Positions 50,045 to 60,087 of a stretch of DNA of 64,000 nucleotides are shown here, one piece after another. The stretch covers positions 32,557 to 96,556 of the forward strand of contig CAMTOJ010000008.1 of NCBI GenBank assembly GCA_947074145.1. Reading direction: 5' to 3'. Each line of letters begins with the position of its first letter. The first letter of the stretch is position 1. A program made the translations under genes and the position numbers. The DNA comes from an uncultured Bacteroidales bacterium (GTDB taxonomy: Bacteria > Bacteroidota > Bacteroidia > Bacteroidales > JAUNSR01). The notes below the pieces were generated by a model. It was not told the origin of the DNA and searched no databases. It saw nothing but the letters and a program-made list of their open reading frames with translations.

Positions 50045-52447
50045 TTAGAAACGTACAATCAATTCACCTCCGAATGTAAGAGGATTGCCTTTTTGTGCAA
50101 GTTTGTTTCCCATGCTTTGGAAGTAGAAAGCCTGATATTTCTCGTTTGTCAGGTTTCTTCCGTAAGCTGCTATTTCCAATATTCCTTTACGGGCACTCAC
50201 ACGTCCGTTTATCGTTCCGTAAAAATCCTGATAAGCGGAATTATCTTCTATCCAATAGATTCGGCCTGCGCCGGAATAATTGATATTGAAGTTCATATTA
50301 TCGATGAATTTATTGTTAAAATTCACAGAGTAGTTGGCAGTGAATGAGAAAGTATGTTCCGGAGCAAATGGAACATAGTTATCTTTATAATCAACAGTTT
50401 TAATTTCATTGCCCACCATTACTTCGTTTTCATTTTTGATAAATTTTGCATTAGTATATCCGTAGTTTGCAATAAGAGAAAGATTACTTATTGGGAAAAA
50501 ACGTATTCCTGCCTCAGCACCTATACTTCTTGATTTTCCTGAATTTTTAGTGATACGTCCAAGTCCGGTTGCGGAAAAGGCAGAAACCTGCTGATCAGTA
50601 ACGTCAATGTAGAATGCTGATGCTTCTATCATAAGTCGCTTATTGAAAAGATCCATTCTTGTTCCGATTTCGTAGTTCCAACTAAATTCAGGTTTATATT
50701 GAATCTGATTTTCTATATCAATATCATAAGTTTGCGCCATCTCTTTTACAGATTCAGGGATGCGATCACCCATATTTGCTTTTTCTGCCTGGTCTATAAA
50801 AGCTTGTATCATCGAGCCTTTAAGTTGGTTGCTTACTATATCAGAAAACATTTGAAAATTATATCCTCCTGCTCTATATCCTTTTGAGATATTACCGTAA
50901 ACCATAAATGCACTACAAGGAGAATAAACAATATCAAAACGGGGAAGAACTTCAAAATCTTCCATAGATTTTTTCCCTTTAAAACCAATATTAAGAGTAT
51001 CTGAAAATGAAAAAAGAGGGATAGCCATTTGAGGAGTAATCATTTTCACACCTCCATCTGCATAAGCCGTTGTAGATGTGTTGTAATCAAGACAAGAATG
51101 TTCGTAGTTGAGTCTCGCTCCTGCTGAAATAGATAATCCGTCAATTATAAAATTGTCATAAGTAAGTTTTGAAAAGAGAGCCGCTCCCCAAACAGGTGTT
51201 TTGAATACTCCTTTTATAAGCATATTGTCGTTCCTTAAAGAATCATACATAGCAATTTTATTCGGATTAGTAGGTCCCATTGAAATTTCAGGAATCTTTA
51301 TATTGGCATTTATCATATTCTGAATACCATCTTTTTTCAGATTAACCGGCGCATCAGTATGCATATTCTGATAAAATCCGAAAAAACCTGCCAACCATTT
51401 AAAATTCTTATTATTTTGAGATTTTAGTATTATCTCCTCTGATATTGAGTTTTGACGCTGTTTCTGATTAAGTGTAAAAATTTGAGACGGAGTAAAATCC
51501 TGATCCAATTTCATATCATCGTCAAAATATTGATAACCGGTTGCACTTGTAAACAACATATTATCAAATTTTTTCTCAATGAAAATACTTGATGCGCTCA
51601 TAAGTCTTTTATATGATGCTGGATCATTGTAGTTTACATCCTTTATATCATTTGTCTCTTCATCGATTATCCCATAGGCATAACCAGCCTGACAACTATA
51701 TTCTATATTTGATGATAAATTTATCTTTAATGTGCTATTTGGTTTATAATAGAATTGAATCCTTCCGTTAGTTGAAGAAGAAGAGTCAGCCGGAGCATCA
51801 TTATAGATATTTTTGAAATATCCGTCATGTGACTGATATTGACCACTTAGAGAATAGGCCAATTTATCATTAATCTTACCGTATCTCGATAGATTTACCC
51901 GAAAAGAGTTGTAATTACCATATGATACGGAAGCTCTTGTAAAATGATGATCAAAAGGAGATTTAGTATATATATTAATCAACCCGGCCATCGTATTGCG
52001 ACCGTAAAGAGTGCTCTGTGGACCTCTTAGTATCTCCATTCTTTCAATCTCCAATAGATCGAAGTCAAAAATACTCTTATCAAGATAAGGGATATTATCA
52101 ACATAAAGTCCCACTACTGAGTTGTTGGTTCTTGTTCCGATTCCTCGTATGTATATGGCAGTAGTCAACTTGGAACCATAGTCAGGAATAAAAAAGTTTG
52201 GAGCCAATGAAGAGAAATCTTTTATTGAAGTAAGATTCTCCTTTTCTATAATAGAAGAATTAAATAGCGAAATAGAGGATGGCGTTTGAAATGCATTTAC
52301 TGCAGCTTTAGGATTGGATATTACTATAACCTCGTCAAGACGAAGATTTTTATAGTTAGCAGTGTCGGCTTCTGATGCCGTAGCTTTTGCATAAATGCTA
52401 AATGTTATTAAATAACACAACAACAATAATATTTTCTTTATTTTCAT
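50045..52447 (-). CDS. TonB-dependent receptor (siderophore/metal-chelate type, not SusC-like)
   Basis: 800 aa with a signal peptide, a plug (IEILRGPQSTLYGRNTMAGLINIYTK), a 22-strand-type barrel and a C-terminal LIVRF. Confidence 0.88.
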   Translation of the reverse strand: MKIKKILLLLCYLITFSIYAKATASEADTANYKNLRLDEVIVISNPKAAVNAFQTPSSISLFNSSIIEKENLTSIKDFSSLAPNFFIPDYGSKLTTAIYIRGIGTRTNNSVVGLYVDNIPYLDKSIFDFDLLEIERMEILRGPQSTLYGRNTMAGLINIYTKSPFDHHFTRASVSYGNYNSFRVNLSRYGKINDKLAYSLSGQYQSHDGYFKNIYNDAPADSSSSTNGRIQFYYKPNSTLKINLSSNIEYSCQAGYAYGIIDEETNDIKDVNYNDPASYKRLMSASSIFIEKKFDNMLFTSATGYQYFDDDMKLDQDFTPSQIFTLNQKQRQNSISEEIILKSQNNKNFKWLAGFFGFYQNMHTDAPVNLKKDGIQNMINANIKIPEISMGPTNPNKIAMYDSLRNDNMLIKGVFKTPVWGAALFSKLTYDNFIIDGLSISAGARLNYEHSCLDYNTSTTAYADGGVKMITPQMAIPLFSFSDTLNIGFKGKKSMEDFEVLPRFDIVYSPCSAFMVYGNISKGYRAGGYNFQMFSDIVSNQLKGSMIQAFIDQAEKANMGDRIPESVKEMAQTYDIDIENQIQYKPEFSWNYEIGTRMDLFNKRLMIEASAFYIDVTDQQVSAFSATGLGRITKNSGKSRSIGAEAGIRFFPISNLSLIANYGYTNAKFIKNENEVMVGNEIKTVDYKDNYVPFAPEHTFSFTANYSVNFNNKFIDNMNFNINYSGAGRIYWIEDNSAYQDFYGTINGRVSARKGILEIAAYGRNLTNEKYQAFYFQSMGNKLAQKGNPLTFGGELIVRF

Positions 52448-52512
52448 TAGTCTATCTATTATAGAATGATTTTTTTGACACTACAAAATTGGTATATAAT
52501 AATTATGCCGGC

Positions 52513-52532
52513 AATCACTATTAATAGTGATT
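52513..52532. promoter_or_regulatory. perfect 20-bp palindrome in the divergent TBDR / ECF-sigma intergenic region (candidate operator)
   Basis: aatcactatt|aatagtgatt. Confidence 0.4.
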
Positions 52533-52610
52533 TATCATTTTTGATTATTATTAAACCCAAAAGTTTTAAATATTGTTTTATTTTAGTATAAAAATTACAA
52601 GATCAATCAT

Positions 52611-53165
52611 ATGACTGAAATTAATGAAGAAACTTTAATTCTTCAGCTTCAGGACGAAAAGACAAAGCGAAAGGCATTTACCGAGATAATAAATCTGTAT
52701 AAAGAGCGGCTTTACTGGCAAATCAGAAAGATGGTGATTTCTCATGATGACGCAGATGATGTACTACAGAACTGTTTTCTCAAGGCTTGGCGTAACATAG
52801 ATAGTTTCAGAGGGGATTCAAAATTATCTACTTGGCTTTTTCGTATAGCTGTTAATGAAAGTATCACATTTATAAATAAACAAAAACAAGATTTACAATT
52901 ATCCGTAGACTCAGATGATAGTTTTCTTGCTGACAAACTAAAGGCAGACGATTATTTCGATGGTGATCAAATTGAGCTACTTCTTCAAAAGGCTATTCTT
53001 TCTCTTCCTGAAAAACAACGAATTGTGTTTAACATGCGTTATTTTGATGAGATAAAATATGAAGATATGTCGGAAATCCTTCAAACCAGCGTTGGCGCGT
53101 TGAAAGCATCTTATCATATAGCCGCAAAAAAAGTTGAAGAGTATGTATTAACAAACTCCGTCTGA
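52611..53165 (+). CDS. ECF-type RNA polymerase sigma-70 family factor
   Basis: 184 aa with region 2 (DADDVLQNCFLKAWRNIDSFRGDSKLSTWLFRIAVNES) and region 4 (LPEKQRIVFNMRYFDEIKYEDMSEIL). Confidence 0.9.
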   Translation: MTEINEETLILQLQDEKTKRKAFTEIINLYKERLYWQIRKMVISHDDADDVLQNCFLKAWRNIDSFRGDSKLSTWLFRIAVNESITFINKQKQDLQLSVDSDDSFLADKLKADDYFDGDQIELLLQKAILSLPEKQRIVFNMRYFDEIKYEDMSEILQTSVGALKASYHIAAKKVEEYVLTNSV

Positions 53166-53263
53166 TTAGTGAATATTTTATTAAACCATTTGAATTTACT
53201 TTAGTCTAACTACTAATTAAAGTGATAACTCCAAAATGAGTTATTTTACTAAAAAACCTACTT

Positions 53264-53653
53264 ATGAACGAATTTGAAGAAATAAAAGATTTTGGCACAA
53301 AGAAAACAGGAATGAAAGTTCCGAATCATTATTTTGATGATTTTACTGCCAGGATGGATTCTCTGATAGATCAGGAGGAAAATTCTACTCAAAATGAAAT
53401 AAATGATGAAGAGAAGGTTAAAAAGATTTCGTTTAAATCCACTATTGTTAAAGTAAAACCTTTCTTATACTTGGCTGCTATGTATATAGCATTGTTTATT
53501 TGTTTTAAGTTTTTCATAAAAGAAACAGATCATTCTCAAGTTATAGTTCAAAATGAACAATTAGTTGAAGAACAATATATCATTGAAGATGCAATGTATG
53601 CATCAATTAATGATTATGATATTATAGAATATTTATATGCTAATGCTGAATAA
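53264..53653 (+). CDS. single-pass membrane protein, candidate anti-sigma factor
   Basis: 129 aa with one TM (PFLYLAAMYIALFICFKFF). Positioned between the ECF sigma gene and a periplasmic LTXXQ protein gene. No recognisable ZAS or FecR motif. Confidence 0.45.
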   Translation: MNEFEEIKDFGTKKTGMKVPNHYFDDFTARMDSLIDQEENSTQNEINDEEKVKKISFKSTIVKVKPFLYLAAMYIALFICFKFFIKETDHSQVIVQNEQLVEEQYIIEDAMYASINDYDIIEYLYANAE

Positions 53654-53655
53654 TT

Positions 53656-54183
53656 ATGAAGATTGAAAAATATATAAAACCATTACTTCTTGCTTTTGCA
53701 ATAGTTTTCTCATTTAATATTTTTGCCCATGATTGCAATGCTGATCAAAATGAGAGACGTAAATGGCATGAGGATTTTAAAATTAAAAAGCAGGAATTTC
53801 TAATTAAAAAACTTGATCTTACTCCCTCTCAGGCAGAAGCTTTTTTTCCTGTTTATGATGAACTTCAGAAAAAGAAGATGGAGATTCAGAGAAAAGTCAG
53901 GACTCAATTTAAGAAGATAATGGATAATCCTAAAGAACATACAGATAAGGATTATTTTGAGATGGCTAGTGCAATGGCTAATGCAAAGGTTAAAGAGGCT
54001 GAACTTGAGGCTGAGTATTTAAAGAAGTTTCAACCATTAATTCCGGCTAAAGCTTTAATGAATTTACAGTTTGCTGAGCTTGAATTTAATAAATCAATGA
54101 TGCAAAAGGGTCCCGGTCCTCATCAACCACGAAATAATAAAGATGGTAAATCCGAAGGTAATCAGAATAAAACAAAGAAATAA
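53656..54183 (+). CDS. periplasmic Spy/CpxP-like (LTXXQ motif) protein
   Basis: 175 aa with a signal peptide, an LDLTPSQAEAF motif, helical Lys/Glu-rich sequence and a basic tail. Start lies 3 nt after the upstream stop. Confidence 0.5.
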   Translation: MKIEKYIKPLLLAFAIVFSFNIFAHDCNADQNERRKWHEDFKIKKQEFLIKKLDLTPSQAEAFFPVYDELQKKKMEIQRKVRTQFKKIMDNPKEHTDKDYFEMASAMANAKVKEAELEAEYLKKFQPLIPAKALMNLQFAELEFNKSMMQKGPGPHQPRNNKDGKSEGNQNKTKK

Positions 54184-54202
54184 TTTATAAAAACTCTTTT
54201 AT

Positions 54203-54251
54203 AAGCCATTATAAAAACTTTATTTAAAGTATTTATAATGGCTTTTTTTGT
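54203..54251 (+). terminator. intrinsic terminator after the sigma/anti-sigma/LTXXQ operon
   Basis: aagccattataaa (54203-54215) pairs with tttataatggctt (54232-54244), followed by T6. Confidence 0.8.
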
Positions 54252-54436
54252 GCCTGAAAATTCCTTTTTCTAACAGATTTATATCGTTATAGTCTTTTAT
54301 ATCATACCCACTATTTGAATATTTTTCACTTCTTCAATCTTTACTCTTTTTGATTATAGACAATCTCTTTTTTAATAAACTTGTTTGTTTTTAATCCACA
54401 ACGGGCAAGGTGTTGATTGAAAACTTGCAAAAATTT

Positions 54437-54462
54437 TCTTTACACCTTGCAAGGTGTAAAGA
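54437..54462. promoter_or_regulatory. perfect 26-bp palindrome (candidate protein-binding site)
   Basis: tctttacaccttg|caaggtgtaaaga. An extra half-site copy gcaaggtgt lies at 54405-54413. Confidence 0.45.
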
Positions 54463-54672
54463 AAATGGAAGAACCAAAAGTGATTACACTGAAACATTTC
54501 TTTTTTATTTGTTAGAATCAATCTCTTACACACTGATTTTATGCAATAGATTACATTTTTAAAAGAGAAGTTATAAATGTCATAAATACATTTGATTATT
54601 TTTGCATAATCTTAATAATCAATTTCTATATTATTGATTGAAATGATCTTATATAAAAGTTAAATAAAAGGT

Positions 54673-54680
54673 TATCTTTG
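54673..54680 (+). promoter_or_regulatory. candidate -7 box (TAnnTTTG) for the DPP-IV gene
   Basis: tatctttg lies 23 nt upstream of the ATG at 54703. Confidence 0.3.
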
Positions 54681-54702
54681 TTATCCTCATAAAATTTTAA
54701 AG

Positions 54703-56880
54703 ATGCGAAAAAGACTTTATTCATTCATTATACTGATTAGCGGAATCTCTGTGGCTAATGCCGATAATATTAAACTTGAAGATATTATAGGTGGTAATTA
54801 TTCTCAAAAATCTTATCCTCAACTCTTATCATCGATTGACGGACAAAGTTATATAGCTCCAAATGAGGAGAATTCATGTATCATAAGATTTTCTTATAAA
54901 ACTGGCTCTCCTATTGATACACTCTTTAATACAGCTAAAGCTAAAGGATGCGAATTTAAAACCTTTTCAGGTTTTGAAATGAGCCCTGATGAGAATAGAA
55001 TTTTGGTTTATACCGATAAAGAGATGATCTATAGAAGATCATTCTTAGCAAAATATTATACGTTTGATGTACGTAGAAATTTGGTAAAGCCCCTTTCTGA
55101 GGGAAAACAGCAAGCGGCAAGTTTCTCGCCTGACGGTAGATTGGTAGCTTTTACAAAAAATAATAATATCTATCTCAAACGATTGGATTATGACACTGAA
55201 TCTGCTATAACAACTGATGGAGAAAAAAATAAGATTATAAATGGTATTCCTGACTGGGTTTATGAGGAGGAGTTTTCTATGAACAAAGCATTTAGCTGGT
55301 CGCCCGATAATAATACTATTGCTTTTATAAGATTTGATGAATCTGATGTTAAGGAGTATCCAATTCAGATGTATAACGGTTTAGCTCCGGAATTGAAAGA
55401 GAATGAGCTTTATCCGGGAACATTTTCATATAAATATCCTGTTTCGGGAGAGGTGAATTCAAAAGTTGCCGTGTATACCTATGACATCACCACAAAACGA
55501 ACAAAAAAGATGGACGTTGATGTTACATCGGAAGATTATATTCCTCGTGTAGTGTTTACAACTGATCCTGAAAAACTTGCTGTAATGAGTTTTAACAGAC
55601 ATCAAAGTGAGTTTAAATTACATTTCGTGAATCCAAAATCAGGAGTTAGTAAGATTATTATCACAGATAAAAACAATGCTTACATTAATACAGAAAATAT
55701 GGATATGATAGAGTTTTATCCTGATTTCTTCACATTCATAAGTGAGAAAGACGGATACCGTCATTTATATCAATATTCTCTTAATGGAAATCTTCTAAAA
55801 AGAGTTTCTTCCGGCAATTGGGATATAACCGATTATTACGGATATAATCAAAAAAATAAAAGTTTCTATATACAGGCTGCAAAAAATTCGCCTCTCTCAA
55901 GAGAGGTCTATAAAATAGACTCTAAAGGTATTATGACACCTTTATTTGCAGAGAAAGGAACAAACAGCGCTACTTTTAGCTCTGACTTTAATTATATGCA
56001 ACATTATTTCTCTGGAATCAATTCTCCAATGGTTGTCAATGTGACAGATTCTAAAGGAAAAGTTTTAAGAACTCTTGAGAATAATAAAGGTTTAAAAGAT
56101 AAACTGAAAAACATCAATCTCTCTGAAAAAGAGTTTTTTGTTTTTGAAAATTCCTCAGGTGATAAATTAAACGGTTTTATTATTAAGCCTGTTGATTTCA
56201 AAAATGGTAAAAAATATCCTGTGGTGATGGTTCAATATGGAGGTCCGGGCTCACAGCAAGTTCTTGATCGCTGGCGGCTTGACTGGACGCGATATTTATC
56301 TGCCAATGGTTATGTTGTTGCTTGTGTTGATGGTCGCGGAACAGGAGCCCGTGGTGCCGAATTTGAAAGAACAACTTATATGAATGTGGGACTTAAGGAA
56401 TCAGCAGATCAGATTGATGGAGCAAAATACCTATCGACTCTTTCATTTGTTGATCCATCAAATATCGCTATTTGGGGTTGGAGTTTCGGAGGCTATAACA
56501 CATTAATGTCAATGACTGGAAGTGATGTTTTCAAAGCAGGAATTGCAGTAGCTCCTGTTACCGATTGGAAATTCTATGATTCTGTTTATACAGAAAGATA
56601 TATGAGAACTCCAAAAGAAAACAGCGAGGGATATCAGAAAACTTCAGCTCTGAAAAGAGCAAAAAACCTAAAAGGAAATCTTTTGATTATCTCCGGTTCT
56701 GCTGATGATAATGTACATCCACAAAATACACTTGAGTTTACAGAGGAACTTGTTCAGAATAATATTGATTTCGATATGCTATATTATACCAATAGAAATC
56801 ATTTTATAAATGGTGGTAATACAAGCAAACATCTATATAAACAAATGGTGCGTTTCCTTGATAGAAATTTGAAAAATTAG
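54703..56880 (+). CDS. dipeptidyl-peptidase IV (S9B prolyl oligopeptidase family)
   Basis: 725 aa with a signal peptide, a DPPIV N-terminal propeller (IPDWVYEEEF) and a catalytic domain with GWSFGGY, plus later Asp/His. Confidence 0.92.
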   Translation: MRKRLYSFIILISGISVANADNIKLEDIIGGNYSQKSYPQLLSSIDGQSYIAPNEENSCIIRFSYKTGSPIDTLFNTAKAKGCEFKTFSGFEMSPDENRILVYTDKEMIYRRSFLAKYYTFDVRRNLVKPLSEGKQQAASFSPDGRLVAFTKNNNIYLKRLDYDTESAITTDGEKNKIINGIPDWVYEEEFSMNKAFSWSPDNNTIAFIRFDESDVKEYPIQMYNGLAPELKENELYPGTFSYKYPVSGEVNSKVAVYTYDITTKRTKKMDVDVTSEDYIPRVVFTTDPEKLAVMSFNRHQSEFKLHFVNPKSGVSKIIITDKNNAYINTENMDMIEFYPDFFTFISEKDGYRHLYQYSLNGNLLKRVSSGNWDITDYYGYNQKNKSFYIQAAKNSPLSREVYKIDSKGIMTPLFAEKGTNSATFSSDFNYMQHYFSGINSPMVVNVTDSKGKVLRTLENNKGLKDKLKNINLSEKEFFVFENSSGDKLNGFIIKPVDFKNGKKYPVVMVQYGGPGSQQVLDRWRLDWTRYLSANGYVVACVDGRGTGARGAEFERTTYMNVGLKESADQIDGAKYLSTLSFVDPSNIAIWGWSFGGYNTLMSMTGSDVFKAGIAVAPVTDWKFYDSVYTERYMRTPKENSEGYQKTSALKRAKNLKGNLLIISGSADDNVHPQNTLEFTEELVQNNIDFDMLYYTNRNHFINGGNTSKHLYKQMVRFLDRNLKN

Positions 56881-57227
56881 TATCTCTGACTTTAGGAATT
56901 ATTGGTTTTATGTTTTATAACTATGACTATAAATCAAATTTTTCAGAGAAATTTTCTTAAGTTTATTCATAGGATATATTATTGCGTTAGTTAGTTTATT
57001 GTTTATTTTTTCATAAGATATACACATTAATCGTTCTACTATTTATAAATATAAATCAAACTATCACATTTATTTAATTCTGACAATTAAAGTTAAATTA
57101 CTAATTTGTCGAAAACTTTATACCAATTCATTTGTTTGTTATTAAGATTGTAATTAACAGATAATAACATAATTTCGCAAAGAATTAGGGTATTAAGATT
57201 ACTTGCTTATTTTAATAAAATGAAATT

Positions 57228-58403
57228 ATGAAAAATGGAATAAGGTATAAAAGTTCTTTGAATCCGGCTTTATCGCTGATTCCCCTTCTGTTTTTTGTAT
57301 TCTTTGAAATATTTTCTAATAGCACTATATCATTATTGTCAGGTCTTGTGATCTCAATAATTATGACTCTTATAGATAGTCATAAATCGAAAAGTGACAC
57401 ACATCCGATAATAATGTTGTCAATAACGATATCATTTTTATGCTCCTTCTTAGTTTCTTTGATTAGTATGAAGTTGCATTATATAATAGTTGAGATATTC
57501 ATTCTTATTCAAATGATATTAATAATTTCAAATAAGAAGAGTGCTATTAAAATAATATGTAGAAATGAAAACAAAACGATAAACAGAAGTTATAGAAATT
57601 TTGTCTATGAATTTTTTAATTTCAGTAATCGTCTGATTGTCTATATAGCTATTTATATAATATCTGCGGCAGTATTTATTTATAATAGCAAACCACAACA
57701 ATATGCAGAGTCGATTACTTTAGTTAACTATGTCAGATTGGGAATGTATTTTCTTCTTTTCATAAATGAAAGTATAAGAATCATTCTTATATCAAAAAAG
57801 TTTGAAAGTGAAACGTGGCTTCCTATAATTGATAACAATATGAATGTAATCGGAAGAGTAGCTAGATCGATAAGTAACGATACCAGAACCAGATTTCTTC
57901 ATCCTCGTCTAAGAGTACTTGTATTCTATAAAGGACGAATATTGTTGAAACCGATTGAAGAGATGAAATTGGAAAAGGAGAAATATGATTCTCCCCTTTT
58001 TCGTGATATGGCGTACGGAGAGACATTGCCAAAAAGTTTAAGCAAATTGCTTGATCGATATGAATTAAAAAATGAAAAGGCATCTTTTATAACGCGATAT
58101 TTTTATGAAGATGATTCAATAAGACGAATTGTGTTTCTTTACATCGTTCATATAAAAGATGAAAAGGAGTTCAAAAAGCATATCGCTTATAAAACTAAAT
58201 TTTGGACAGAATCTGAAATAAGAAATAATATAAATAAAAATATTCTTGGTGATTTTCTGGAACAGGAATATGAATTATTGGATACCATAATATATCCTTC
58301 AATTAAAATAATGAATGATGACGGATTTAATAACGATACTTGGGCCAACAGCATCGGGGAAGACATCTCTATCGGTAGCTCTGGCTCACAACTTGAAAAC
58401 TGA
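57228..58403 (+). CDS. polytopic membrane protein with a C-terminal degenerate Nudix/Idi-like domain
   Basis: 391 aa. The N-terminal ~190 aa have 5-6 TM helices. The C-terminal part (NDTRTRFLHPRLRVLVFYKGRILL ... YDSPLFRDMAYGETLPKSLSKLLDRYEL) aligns by eye to type-1 IPP isomerase/Nudix but lacks the Cys/His/Glu catalytic residues. The last 89 nt overlap miaA. Confidence 0.5.
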   Translation: MKNGIRYKSSLNPALSLIPLLFFVFFEIFSNSTISLLSGLVISIIMTLIDSHKSKSDTHPIIMLSITISFLCSFLVSLISMKLHYIIVEIFILIQMILIISNKKSAIKIICRNENKTINRSYRNFVYEFFNFSNRLIVYIAIYIISAAVFIYNSKPQQYAESITLVNYVRLGMYFLLFINESIRIILISKKFESETWLPIIDNNMNVIGRVARSISNDTRTRFLHPRLRVLVFYKGRILLKPIEEMKLEKEKYDSPLFRDMAYGETLPKSLSKLLDRYELKNEKASFITRYFYEDDSIRRIVFLYIVHIKDEKEFKKHIAYKTKFWTESEIRNNINKNILGDFLEQEYELLDTIIYPSIKIMNDDGFNNDTWANSIGEDISIGSSGSQLEN

Positions 58404-59241
58404 AATAATTAGCGCCGATTCTCGTCAGATATATAAAGGAATGGATCTTGGTACAGGGAAGGATCTTGATGAATATTCAATAAATGGAGAAAGGATAAAT
58501 CATCATATAATTGATATAAGGGAGGCAGGTTATAAATATAATCTTTTTGAATTTCAGCATGATTTTATTCATGCTTATGATGAAATTAAAAGTAAGGGTA
58601 AAATTCCAATTCTGTGCGGTGGAACCGGTATGTATATCGAATCTGTTCTTAAAGGATATAAACTTTTAAGTGTACCCGAAAATAAAGAGTTAAGAGAGAG
58701 TCTGGCTGGAAAATCTCTTGAAGAGCTTGCCGTAATCCTTTCATCTTATAAAAAGCTTCATAATACAACTGATATAGACACAGCTAAAAGGGCTATACGA
58801 GAGATTGAAATTCAGGAGTATTATAAACATGCCACTCCTGATGAAACTGAATTATCGCCTCTTAATTCACTTATTATTGGAGTTGATATTGAGAGGAATG
58901 AGAGAAGAAGAAAGATTTCAGTTCGCCTTAAAGAGCGTCTTGAGAATGGAATGGTTGAGGAGGTAAAAACTCTTCTTGATTCCGGAATACCGGCTGAAGA
59001 TCTGATTTATTATGGTCTTGAATATAAATATCTCACTCTTTATTTGACTAATCAGTTAAGCTATGATGAAATGATCTCTTCTCTTGAGATTGCTATTCAT
59101 CAGTTTGCCAAAAGACAAATGACATGGTTTAGAGGTATGGAAAAAAGAGGATTAAAGATCAATTGGATTGATTATAATCTATCGATGGATGAAAAGGTAG
59201 CTGCTATAAAGGAGCTGATAAATGATGCAAATAAGGCTTGA
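58315..59241 (+). CDS. miaA: tRNA dimethylallyltransferase
   Basis: 308 aa with ITILGPTASGKTSLSV, ISADSRQIYKGMDLGTGK and YAKRQMTWFR-type motifs (FAKRQMTWFR). Confidence 0.95.
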   Translation: MMTDLITILGPTASGKTSLSVALAHNLKTEIISADSRQIYKGMDLGTGKDLDEYSINGERINHHIIDIREAGYKYNLFEFQHDFIHAYDEIKSKGKIPILCGGTGMYIESVLKGYKLLSVPENKELRESLAGKSLEELAVILSSYKKLHNTTDIDTAKRAIREIEIQEYYKHATPDETELSPLNSLIIGVDIERNERRRKISVRLKERLENGMVEEVKTLLDSGIPAEDLIYYGLEYKYLTLYLTNQLSYDEMISSLEIAIHQFAKRQMTWFRGMEKRGLKINWIDYNLSMDEKVAAIKELINDANKA

Positions 59242-59436
59242 TTATGCTCTTGCTTGTAAATGTTTAAATTATAAATAAGCTTGTAAATGCTTTTATAATT
59301 TCAGTCTTTTCAAGTTGTAAGGAATTAATTAAGAATTTGACTGTAACAGATTATTTCATATCGATAGACTATTTAAGATTAAAACAGGATCATTCAGATG
59401 GAAATAATCTAATAGAAATTATTTCGATTAAAATAA

Positions 59437-59519
59437 AAAAATCTCTTTGCTTATGATAAATATATCATTTAGCAAAGAGATTTTTTATTGAATATATTGT
59501 CGGTTAAACCGACAATATA
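59437..59519. terminator. two consecutive hairpins between convergent miaA and ntpK (bidirectional termination region)
   Basis: aaaaatctctttgct (59437-59451) pairs with agcaaagagattttt (59471-59485), with A/T runs on both sides. tatattgtcgg (59493-59503) pairs with ccgacaatata (59509-59519). Confidence 0.75.
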
Positions 59520-59529
59520 AAATGTTTAT

Positions 59530-59991
<462 letters not shown>

Positions 59992-60087
59992 TTAATCGTT
60001 ATTTTTTTATTAATTTTTTTCTTTAAACACGGGCTATTTCCGTGATAGTGATTGTGGCGTATATTGCCAAAGTTTAATTATTTTCTT

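Noticed and set aside
49928-50347. 139-aa plus-strand ORF spanning the TBDR 3' end.
   Set aside because: It overlaps the TBDR coding region and its terminator hairpin (49958-49994). The product has no recognisable features.
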